Assembly (NCBI GenBank): GCA_029261065.1
Contig: JAJDCB010000028.1
Coordinates: 447 to 64,446, forward strand
Length of the DNA stretch: 64,000 nt
DNA from: Candidatus Omnitrophota bacterium
GTDB taxonomy: Bacteria > Omnitrophota > Gorgyraeia > Zapsychrales > Zapsychraceae
Direction: 5' to 3'
Shown: piece after piece, positions 15,001-18,865 of the stretch
Layout of the letters: each line of letters starts with the position of its first letter
How positions within the stretch are numbered: position 1 is the first letter of the stretch
Program-made: the position numbers and the translations under genes
The notes under the pieces: generated by a model
Database searches by the model: none
Seen by the model: the letters and a program-made list of their open reading frames with translations, nothing else
What the model was told of the DNA's origin: nothing

Positions 15001-17977
15001 CGTTAAGGATACAATTAAGAGAAGAGTCGCCTTCACATTCTTCGCCTAAACCAGATTGAACAATGTTATCGCCACAAGATTCAAGAACACAGAGAGCTGA
15101 ACAGCCGTCTTGATCTGTATTATTACCGTCGTCACAATCCTCACCATCTTCAAGAACATTGTTTCCACAAGAAGCCGGAGTGGCTCCGTTACATTGGGAG
15201 TTACAATGAGTGGCTGTCCCGTTTTGGGCGCCATCATCACAGGTTTCACTCCCGTTTAAAATATTGTCCCCGCAAAATTCAGTAGCTGTACAAGAATCAT
15301 ATGAACAGCTATCCTGACAGGACTGTGTGCCGTTGTAGCCGTTAATCACACAGTTGATTGTGCCGTTACCTTCACATTGTTCTCCAATGCCAGATTGAAC
15401 AATGCCATCCCCACAAAATTCATTTTTACATTTGGAAGTACAGCCATCGTTTGAAGAAATATTGTGGTCGTCACATTCTTCTCCAAGACTTGGTTGCACA
15501 ACATTGTCCCCGCAGATTTCAAGTTTACATTCAGGGGAGCAGCCATCATCAAAGTCATTGTTACCATCATCACAAATTTCTCCTAATTCTAATTGTCGAA
15601 TGCCATCCCCACATAACTCCGCTTGACATTCAGAAGAACAACCATCATTTGAGTTGTTGTTACCATCATCACAAGCTTCACCTATGCCGGCTTGAGTTAC
15701 GTTATCGCCACAAAATTCAATAATACAAAGATCGTTACAACCATCGCCCGCGTTAATGTTGCCATCATCGCAAGTTTCGTTTAAGACGGCTTGAATGCTT
15801 CCATCGCCACAAAATTCAGCAACACAAAGATCACTACAGCCATCGTCAGAAATATTGTTACCATCATCACAGGCTTCACCAGATTCAAGGATCGCGTTTC
15901 CGCAGGTGCCTAACGTTGTTCCGGTACATAAGGCATTACAGTGATTAGCAGAACCGTTGCTGCTGCCATCATCACAGGTTTCATTGCCGTTTAGTATGCC
16001 ATCTCCGCAGGACTCAGTGGGTGAACAGGAATCATACGCGCAATTGGATTGGCAAGTTTGGATGCCTTGGTAACCATTAACGGTACAATTAAGAGAAGAG
16101 GAGCCTTCACATTCTTCGTTAAGGTCAACTTGAACGATGCCATCGCCACAAAATTCACTTAAACATTGATCGTCACATCCATCGCCTGTGATGGTGTTGC
16201 CATCATCACAATTTTCATTTAAATTTTCTTGAATAACGTTATCCCCACAAAATTCAACAACACAAAGGTCACTACAGCCATCGCCGGCAATAGTATTTCC
16301 GTCATCACAGGCTTCACCAGACTCAACAACGGTGTTGCCGCAACTGGGTAAAGTGTTACTCGTACAAAGGGTATTACACTGGTTAGGTGTTCCGTTTTGG
16401 GGGCCATCATCACAAATTTCATTGCCGTTTAGAGCGCCATCGCCACAAAATTCGTTTGTTGTACAAGAGTTATAAGAACAAGTATCCTGGCAGGTCTGGG
16501 TGCCCGCATAGCCGTTAATGTTACAATCGATTGTCGCGTCATCATCACATTCTTCACCCTGTTCATCTTGAACGATACCATCCCCACAGCTTTCACTAAC
16601 ACATAGTTCACTACAACCGTCTCCTCCGGTTGTATTGTTATCATCACATTGTTCGTTGGGTTCAACAGTCCCGTTACCGCAGGTGGATGGGCAATCTTGG
16701 TTACAAGTGAAGGGTGTTTCATTTGGAGTGCTACAAATTCGATCGCCACAAACTTCAGGGGTTGTGGATACTTGTACAGGTTGAGAAAGGCCAGATTCAT
16801 TGCTTTCATCATCGTAAGCGCTGACGGCATAAGTGTAGGAGCTATCAGCACTTAATACGTTATCATTGTACTTTTCGATAAATGCCGATGCGATATGGTT
16901 TGAATCACGGAAAATTTTGTAACCCATAGTTTTAACGTTATCACTTGCTGGATCCCAAGATAATTCAATCTCGGAGCCACTTATGAGATTGGCTGTAAGA
17001 TTTTGTGGAGTGGTAGGAGCTTCAGTATCAGCATCGTCAGGTACGGGATTGCTGGGAGGTGTAGGTGGCGGCGGTGTTGGTTCTGTAGGGCTAGTAGGGC
17101 TTGTTGTTGGTGTTGTAGGTACTGATGAATCGTTATTGCTTTCTGGTTGGACAAGTGCGGGAGTGCCCGCATAAACAGGTCCAGTGATTTGCGAGGTGCC
17201 TGTATCTGATGTCGTGCTGGTGCTTGGAGTATTGCTTGACTCTGAGCTATTCGTTGAATCATTATTCTGAATTGATTTTTGAGTTTGCTGAAAATTTTGT
17301 GGGGTGCTCGTATTTTCAACGGCAGCAAATTGTGTAGCTTCTTCTCTATAAGCATTGTTGGGTTGAGCTGGATTCGATTGATTAAAGTTTGTCGTTACGG
17401 ATGGATAGTTGCTAGAGTTGGATTCAAGTGAACTGAGCGTGTTAAGGATGATTTCTTTTGATAGGTCAGAATGATTACCAGCTTCGTCTAAGGCAACAAC
17501 ATGATAAGAGAATATCTTGTCAGAGCGTAAATCTGTGTCTACATAAAAAAGTTCTGTGACTTGTGCCACGGGGATGCTATCTCGCAAAATCGCATATCCA
17601 GTAACACCAACATTATCACTTGAGGCATCCCACCCAATGCTTGTTTCTGTCATGTTGACAAAACGAGCATGAATATTCGTTATCGGAGTGGGTTTTTCTT
17701 GGTCCAAGCTTAAGGGTAATTCCGGCTCATTTGTGTCTTCTTGAGAGGGTTCTTCGAAAGTAATAGGTTCTATAGATTCAGGCGTTTCAACCTCAGGTGT
17801 TTCAACTTCAGGTATTTCGGGAATGATGGGTATTTCGGTAAGAATATCAGTTTGAGCCTCAGATTCAACCTTAGGTTCGGTATCCGATTTTTTCAAGACT
17901 TCCATGGCCCAGCCTTGCTGGTTAGGAAGAAAAATAGAGTAGGTAAGAACGACGATTATAGCAAATCTTTTTAGCAT
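1..17977 (-). CDS. Giant secreted mosaic adhesin/glycan-binding-like protein. Partial: the C-terminus lies beyond the window start; >=5,992 aa in window. Signal peptide, 2x FN3-like, Ser/Thr/Pro linker, ~45 Myxococcus-type Cys-rich repeats, 4 super-repeat cassettes (beta-sandwich / Ig-like / parallel beta-helix / PKD-like), CBM9-like and F5/8 type C-like modules
   Basis: Reading the reverse complement codon by codon from the ATG at 17977 (MLKRFAIIVVLTYSIFLPNQQGWA, a signal peptide; a TAA lies just upstream of the alternative ATG at 17992), the frame stays open to position 1. The ORF track lists no complete ORF >=60 aa in this Met-rich frame and only <=140-aa shadow ORFs in the other minus frames, consistent with one uninterrupted partial ORF. 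Translated motifs: FN3-like (..TSIGWDASSDNVGVTGYAILRD..); CGDGxVQxxxGEECDDGNxxxGDGCSxxC repeats; Ig-like (..SASASDDVGVxGVQFILDGxNLGGEDTSxPYSISLDTTTIxNGNHTLSARARDAAGNTT..); beta-helix blocks ending ..YDIGAYEF / ..IDIGAYEF; PKD-like (..ATATDPDNDPLSWEWLYTLNGGSEISYLNGTGPVANADFDYLAGSAGTAYRWILRVSDGTHTTEKT..); CBM9-like (..WDDQNLYLAYDVTDSNLEAQDTSLWADDGAEFYIDVDHDES..); discoidin-like (..NVLDADSNTFWLGSGTNPHEMIIDLGGSYDVRGFKYLP..). Domain coordinates are approximate. Confidence 0.8.
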   Translation of the reverse strand, partial: MLKRFAIIVVLTYSIFLPNQQGWAMEVLKKSDTEPKVESEAQTDILTEIPIIPEIPEVETPEVETPESIEPITFEEPSQEDTNEPELPLSLDQEKPTPITNIHARFVNMTETSIGWDASSDNVGVTGYAILRDSIPVAQVTELFYVDTDLRSDKIFSYHVVALDEAGNHSDLSKEIILNTLSSLESNSSNYPSVTTNFNQSNPAQPNNAYREEATQFAAVENTSTPQNFQQTQKSIQNNDSTNSSESSNTPSTSTTSDTGTSQITGPVYAGTPALVQPESNNDSSVPTTPTTSPTSPTEPTPPPPTPPSNPVPDDADTEAPTTPQNLTANLISGSEIELSWDPASDNVKTMGYKIFRDSNHIASAFIEKYNDNVLSADSSYTYAVSAYDDESNESGLSQPVQVSTTPEVCGDRICSTPNETPFTCNQDCPSTCGNGTVEPNEQCDDNNTTGGDGCSELCVSESCGDGIVQDEQGEECDDDATIDCNINGYAGTQTCQDTCSYNSCTTNEFCGDGALNGNEICDDGPQNGTPNQCNTLCTSNTLPSCGNTVVESGEACDDGNTIAGDGCSDLCVVEFCGDNVIQENLNENCDDGNTITGDGCDDQCLSEFCGDGIVQVDLNEECEGSSSLNCTVNGYQGIQTCQSNCAYDSCSPTESCGDGILNGNETCDDGSSNGSANHCNALCTGTTLGTCGNAILESGEACDDGNNISDDGCSDLCVAEFCGDGSIQAVLNETCDDGNINAGDGCNDLCIIEFCGDNVTQAGIGEACDDGNNNSNDGCSSECQAELCGDGIRQLELGEICDDGNNDFDDGCSPECKLEICGDNVVQPSLGEECDDHNISSNDGCTSKCKNEFCGDGIVQSGIGEQCEGNGTINCVINGYNGTQSCQDSCSYDSCTATEFCGDNILNGSETCDDGAQNGTATHCNSQCNGATPASCGNNVLEDGEDCDDGNNTDQDGCSALCVLESCGDNIVQSGLGEECEGDSSLNCILNGYQGLQTCQSNCSFDSCTTAEFCGDDIRNGDETCDDGNNNGTSNHCNAQCNGTTLPVCGNTIIEAGESCDDGNNIDGDGCNNICVNEFCGDGTIQPNLGENCDDGNSNSGDGCNDLCVAEFCGDNIIQAGLGEVCDDGNNDFNDGCTPDCAAELCGDGIRQLELGELCDDGNNDANDGCSPECKLEICGDNVIQPGLGEECDDHNLSSNDGCSSTCQNEFCGDGIVQDGLSEQCEGNTTIGCIINGYNGIQSCQDTCSFDTCSPTEFCGDGTLNGNETCDDGANNGGANHCNDTCTAITEAVCGNNILENNEACDDGNNTDEDGCSSTCNIESCGDDIVQNELGEQCEGNESISCSINGYVGTQSCLNNCTFNNCIASESCGDGILNGNESCDDGANNNTPNSCNAECSGTTPASCGNSILEDNETCDDGNNVDEDGCSSVCVLESCGDNIVQPGLGEACDGNSSLNCVIDNYNGTQSCKNDCSYNSCAPTEFCGDNIVNGVEACDDGTNNGTPNHCNAECSGITLASCGNNTLEGAEACDDGNNVDQDGCSSICTIESCGDNIVQSGLGEECEGNSSLNCVLNGYQGIQSCQSDCSYNSCTPTESCGDDIVNGNESCDDGANNGTPNNCNALCSGTTQGSCGNNVLETGEACDDGNNADEDGCSSTCVLESCGDNIVQSGLGEECEGNSSLNCVLNGYQGIQSCQLDCSYNSCIPTESCGDDIVNGNESCDDGANNGTPNNCNALCTGTTQGTCGNNVLETGEACDDGNNSNEDGCSATCVLESCGDNIVQSGLGEECEGNSSLNCVLNGYQGIQSCQLDCSYNSCTPTESCGDDIVNGNESCDDGANNGTPNNCNALCSGITLSSCGNNVLESGEICDDGVNNGTPNNCNALCTGITQGSCGNNVLETGEACDDGNNLDEDGCSATCVLEACGDNIVQPGLGEECEGNSSLSCSVNGYQGIQSCQSDCSYNSCTPTEFCGDDLVNGNESCDDGNTIDEDGCSSLCVLETCGDSIVQTGLGEECDDGNNTNGDDCNDSCQNEFCGDGILHPLLNEICDSNSQNCTDLNGYPGTEDCNETCTAYDSCVTSLFCGDGICTNLPEDTLNCASDCPSICGNGIHEPEEECEDGNTDNGDGCSATCQIEQTLNPTVSMDQSTYESGETITVIIDGGASDLQEWIAVYNTSDPDSDWSVVNKWQYLNGTTTQPSSPVNYPVTLTFAAPTTVGSYNIRYLADNSISSRLAMSNNFTVTAPLDTTLPSVSVISPSNGSIISNTITVSASASDDVGVAGVQFILDGSNLVSEDTSYPYSISLDTTVISDGNHTLSAQARDAAGNTTTSSVINFTVDHQVTPPTGDVFYISPTGDDTFPGTIGSPFKTWAHALKQLQPGDTLIVKDGDYNNTTGSGYPNIVCGSGYTNGTAELPITVKAENERRAFLKGTGHEETLSIVNCAYWTFEGLRVESDDAPGSQLGDPIYAGNSNNLTFRRMLVGHNNRYVNSSALLLYNTDYSLVEENELYDYHRHGILNAAGGEYNTFRRNYVNSRLNPDIPDGYDSYYPDRGAAGIALYPGSNNIVENNIAEKVGGGFDIEADGVGAMNNKLFGNIALNNTRGATFVARGNTLRNMPQNTLVENFVAINSIYSGMDFVANKNTQCHNCMVLDNQDGGFAATTQFIGDGHPTIFYENSLAANNNSFGFSMLTLSDFGIDSSNSFGQSNNYSPANDSRYTKTSIDDPGLGTCKVFIPDGSPMKGIGKDGKDIGANVLYRYQDGVLTNEPLWNTSTGQFTCGAIIPGVNDIAGNSCFDVHERLNVNTNGCSFPAEYGSGQSSPAPNVSTISTDVSDVDTSSSGIQFYEDTTVSYSATATDPDNDPLSWEWLYTLNGGSEISYLNGTGPVANADFDYLAGSAGTAYHLILRVSDGTHTTEKTLDVNIIAVPIQGNPSVSTNKSSYETGETITVTVDGGPGGLQEWVPLYIASNPDSTWSFETTWQYLSGTQTLPTSSPTYPKTLTFTAPSTAGTYNFRYFQENGLTNRLAISSDFTVTLPAPVCGNGALEPGEECDDGNTVNDDECNNSCQIQIISQSISAKKTDTPITLNGDMSEYAWSQANSVAFNNPGRSDNQVTVSTLWDDQNLYLAYDVTDSNLEAQDTSLWADDGAEFYIDVDHDESSSMDPNDIHEIININDFNIAGMSSQTMTHPNGYIMEIKIPWSSLNTSAVANKVMGLLLVNNDRDNSIGTQFDWMGLIDSTGVFKNPSQWGDLVLDAQLIVDPNPTTDTTPPSVSMTSPSNGVTVSNTISVSASASDDVGVLGVQFILNGTNLGGEDTSEPYSISLDTTTIANGNHTLSARARDAAGNTTTATTINVTVNNQDDPQPIASCDYYASPNGEGNGLSTSSPFQVADFWPVAVPGDTLCLVDGTYTENITLTCEAGGNAPKGTQGNPITIKALNERQAHLINDGDSVSISLNQCDWYNIEGLHISGTPNANLTEAIGIQVYQSSHVEVKRTLIHDLNKLVPSNAIIAYQSFDMLVEENEAYNITGNVIYALGGKRVTFRRNFCRGGVPGTTLQQECFVAYYADDMLFENNIAQDTRDSCFNNSGPNNEFIGNVAMNCVTNYTTTKHPQEFMATANPRYEHNVSIGYLEGNALRETGVGFISQSTFNTVAKNFSIFGGKTFGVTANNKYDPRQGPGKCGHYYPSNETCKIQQDPGLTLQNTLVQDVSLSYYIANGSQFKTRILENSVGWNASDNVWSTGTETRDTATTPPSSVSATSDMGSCRVFVPDSSSLKGAGKNGEDIGANVLYRYKDGVLTNEPLWNTSTGEFPCGVVVPGVNDKPGISCMDVHERLNVNTNGCSFPDGYGDGSTSPFPIVSSISTDVSDVDLSASGIQFYEDSTVSYSATATDPDNDPLSWEWLYTLNAGSEISYLNGTGPVANADFDYLAGSAGTAYRWILRVSDGTHTTEKTLDVNIIAVPPIINASVSVDQSTYETGDTITVTVDDGLSGLQEWITLVVDTDPDSAWANLNLWQYLNETQSQPTSPVSYPHTLTFTAPTIAGTYNIRYFADNSISSRLSVSSNFTVTVPIDTTPPSVSLTSPSDGSTAYNTISVSATASDDVGVLGVQFILDGTNLGGEDTSVPYSISLDTTTITNGNHTLSARARDAAGNTTTSSLHSINVDNQSIPQPSDAVYISPNGNDLDDGSYDTPWQTFAFALPKLSPGDTLILKDGIYKKSNSGTFVANCAESNTKNGTDLQRITIKAENERKAFLEGDGSYDPFTISNCSYWTIEGLRIKGDDFNGSVFGGPMSVEGSHHLTIRRMLLTHNNRYKNSHLLELKEVDDSLIEENEFYYFHRHAMMPFNSGSGNTNNNTFRRNYCNSRGYEELPDGFGNDVIDGLEGRGDSCVEMYPAANTLLENNISEGNVQLAGVQSKASSINNQFFGNISLNEFYGISFRQRLENVYTPPKDNTAENLVVVNPKSYGMFIRGSQNIQCKNCSVFNGVDSSGFLADQETSDERYINTGQNSAFILNSLSIGGNYGFKFVDQNIWGLDFSNSTGALINYSPKPPNSKITHENTDDPSLGSCKVWIPKTSLLKGSGENNEDIGANILYTYENGTLTNNPMWLANEDNGRFTGCGAIIPGINDASEESCINVHHRLNVNRNGCEFPDGYGDGSTSPAPNVSTISTDVSDVDTSASGIQFYEDSTVSYSATATDPDNDPLSWEWLYTLNGGSEISYLNGTGPVANADFDYLAGSAGTAYRWILRVSDGTHTTEKTFDVNIIAVPIQGNPTVSTNKSSYETGETITVTVDGGPGGLQEWIPLYIASNPDSTWSFESTWQYLSGTKTLPSSSPTYPITLTFTAPSTAGTYNFRYFQENGLTNRLAISSDFTVTTPPQPTPVCGNNILESSEQCDDGNTTSGDGCSNSCQNETPTPSDDTVYYVAKNGSDSHSCSQAHSQSTPKLTIAGGLGCMVGGDTLYVKAGTYNEFIDHDQMVSGSAGNPTVISSFENDVVTLLPLTSGGAGGDVVWFYGKSYITFKGFVVDATNVTNIGIRVNNASTYITIDGTEVKNAGNGNGIGVLQTPISSYCTFKNLKIHNNGNDGPLNPAFHGLYLTGHHHEVYNSEIYNNKGIGIQQYSEGQSYNSNNSIHDNILYDNGSNGLLIGSGHNNVAYNNVIYNNGREDTLPGYGIYVGFSSPNDSLVYNNTIFGNNHACIRVRDYADNTIISNNICWQNGLDDVSDVGRGTVVTNLLNTDPLFVSETIPDFHVKSGSPAIDTGITIPMVTKDFDGQNRPQGNAYDIGAYEFRETPPSGSGNTYYVCNTAVECNAGAGNGWATGSDSHSKTQALNKATPWKSIDHAEENVIPGDTVIVGDGIYMTRSAESPARVLYINKSGTAESPITFKSENKWGAVMNGNNQSMDSGIFFNCAQNPPASHIKIQDFEITDFIFGGIAARDADGAPYTRCKDIEISGVKLHKIGSSSNTYGVVGMSLEAMDDSVVKNNLVFNLTAVTPTRNQTHGIYLSDNTDNIVVKNNIVYGMAEGWPVHIYDGHGTGPATNHTVINNTLIDESPHNDGGLVLYGRNHTVRNNIMYTIVDAPGQTHAIRDSGYTYDAIIENNITNQSGLCNNGCAGPTLSNNILNADLTNEFVDFANKDFRLKAGALSIDIGTGAGAPALDYAGNTRPVGANIDIGAYEFGGTPPSSPVCGNGLPESGEQCDDGNTVNGDGCDNTCNLETITTPFPGGLIPQEQMRIVSVTSGDEGKDNVLDADSNTFWLGSGTNPHEMIIDLGGSYDVRGFKYLPYMWTKCTQYEVFLSSTNGNWGSPITTGTWSASSAEKEVTFTSTTASFLKIRYLDGYCYAAEHNVMAEISANNLTNNPSVSLNKSSYVAGETISVTLDGGASGLEEWIALLNTSDSDSNWSIVNTWQYIDGTQTTLSSPANYPVTLTFTAPTTAGNYNIRYFGDGTANNRLAMSSDFTVTTTPPPTPVCGNNILESGEQCD
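100..11575 (-). repeat. Four-fold intragenic cassette super-repeat (spacing ~2.4-3.3 kb); a ~100-aa beta-sandwich module recurs at ~100-420, 3380-3700, 5790-6100, 8900-9230 and 11290-11575
   Basis: Nucleotide-level similarity between cassettes is visible directly, e.g. 3445..3777 vs 8971..9252 (ORF-track shadow proteins nearly identical) and 11398..11718. The protein motif ..GETITVTVDGGxxGLQEWIxLYxxSxPDSxWSxxxxWQYLxGTxTxPSSPxxYPxTLTFTAPxTAGTYNxRYFxxNGxxNRLAxSSDFTVT recurs five times. Boundaries are approximate. Confidence 0.7.
11575..16810 (-). repeat. Intragenic array of ~45 tandem Myxococcus-type cysteine-rich repeats (~37-38 aa / ~113 bp each) organised in a 339-bp (113-aa, three-module) supra-repeat
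   Basis: Every unit translates as C-G-D/N-x-I/V-x-Q/E-x-G-E-x-C-D-D-G-N-x3-G/D-D-G-C-S-x2-C-x2-E. The other-frame shadow ORFs 12616..12954 and 12955..13293 (both exactly 339 bp) are near-identical, marking the supra-repeat period. Confidence 0.8.
12616..13293 (-). repeat. Two adjacent near-identical 339-bp copies of the Cys-repeat supra-unit (recent tandem duplication)
   Basis: ORF-track shadows 12616..12954 and 12955..13293 differ at only a handful of residues. The pattern continues with lower identity at 12280..12615 and 13294..13650. Confidence 0.75.
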
Positions 17978-18290
17978 GTTAGCCACATCCATGACTTACT
18001 TGTTTTTTATATTTACTTAGTAAAAGTATAGAATCTAAGATATTAATAACAATGTGTAGGAGGGGATCTTAAGAAAGCGGTTTCTTGTAGAGAGTTATTA
18101 AGATATTTTGTTAACATAAGTTGTTTATTATCAATACTTTATGTATATTCGCATCGAGGAGGTGATAATGATAATTTAGAAATTAATAAAATATTGTGGG
18201 TTTTTAAGTAAGATTAATAGGAATCAACATTAATCATATTAGTAATAAGAAAAGAGATCGCTTAAGACTGATGCTATTGATTATAAATTG

Positions 18291-18325
18291 ACAAGTAAAT
18301 ATATGCTTGGTACACTAAGTTAATT
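18291..18325 (+). promoter_or_regulatory. Candidate sigma-70 promoter (TTGACA-17 nt-TACACT) upstream of the DUF3015-like gene, in the divergent AT-rich intergenic region
   Basis: aaTTGACAagtaaatatatgcttggTACACTaag ~40 nt upstream of the RBS AGGGAGGG and the TTG start at 18363. Confidence 0.3.
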
Positions 18326-18362
18326 ATTTTTAAGAAAACAATATCAACATAGGGAGGGCGCC

Positions 18363-18839
18363 TTGGTAAAGAATGTAAAAACTGTACTATTGGTTGTGGT
18401 AACTTTGGCTGTATTTGCACAGCCTGCGTTGGCTCGAAGTTTCGGTGAAATTTATAAAGAATGTGGTTTGGGAGGTATGATTTTCACGGATAACGGAGAT
18501 GCAGCAGCTGTAAGTAATATTGTTTGGGATTCAGGAACTACAGCTATTAGCTCTAACATCACAACGCCTGATTCGTGTAAAGGTGGTCAAGCAAGAATGG
18601 CAGCTTTTATTAATGAATCCTATGAGGCCATTGAAGAAGATTTAGCTAGTGGAGAAGGAACTTATCTTGACACATTAATGGTATTAGCGGGCGTTGATGA
18701 AGTTAATAAAGATCAATTAGCTGCAGCTATTCGCGTAAACTTTGCTGGCATTGTGGCTGATGCTGGATATACGGACCAAAGCAGGGTAGAGAAGTCTGAA
18801 GCTTTGTATGGTTTGGTTTATAAGCTCATCGAAGTTTAA
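18363..18839 (+). CDS. Small secreted protein, DUF3015-like
   Basis: TTG start 6 nt after the strong RBS AGGGAGGG. Signal peptide MVKNVKTVLLVVVTLAVFAQPALA then ..KECGLGGMIF..DSC.., ~135-aa mature protein. Family assignment is from memory of the DUF3015 CGLG motif and is uncertain. Confidence 0.45.
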   Translation: MVKNVKTVLLVVVTLAVFAQPALARSFGEIYKECGLGGMIFTDNGDAAAVSNIVWDSGTTAISSNITTPDSCKGGQARMAAFINESYEAIEEDLASGEGTYLDTLMVLAGVDEVNKDQLAAAIRVNFAGIVADAGYTDQSRVEKSEALYGLVYKLIEV

Positions 18840-18865
18840 GCATTATTAGAAGGGGTTTAAGAAGA

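Noticed and set aside
11575-16810. A regular 113-bp / 339-bp periodic array, considered as a possible CRISPR array.
   Set aside because: The repeats are in-frame coding (a conserved Cys/Asp/Gly codon pattern), the units are not separated by unique spacers, and the period is far longer than CRISPR repeats. No cas genes are present.
1202-16855. Dozens of 60-140-aa ORFs on both strands inside 1-17 kb (e.g. 1202..1600 +, 3445..3777 -, 12616..12954 -, 12955..13293 -, 13650..13985 +, 16429..16851 -, 16983..17174 +).
   Set aside because: All lie in non-coding frames of, or antisense to, the giant gene. Their repetitive, low-complexity translations (LV-rich; Gly-rich antisense of the Pro/Thr linker) are shadows of the Cys-repeat and cassette periodicity. 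They remain useful as markers of nucleotide-level repeat identity.
1-17977. The absence of any long ORF in the first 18 kb looked at first like an alternative genetic code region (stop-codon reassignment) or non-coding DNA.
   Set aside because: Downstream genes clearly use TGA as a stop (ATGA overlaps at 22141 and 26231; TAA/TAG/TGA ends on well-conserved proteins). The minus-strand frame from 17977 reads through without stops under the standard code. The ORF track simply omits ORFs lacking a stop inside the window.
17978-18362. The strand switch (all genes to the left on the minus strand, all to the right on the plus strand) across a 385-bp AT-rich region, considered as a possible replication origin.
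   Set aside because: No DnaA-box clusters (TTATCCACA / TGTGGATAA) are visible in the gap, and no dnaA/dnaN are nearby. It is more simply a divergent promoter region. The only TGTGGATAA-like match (52245) is inside a coding region.
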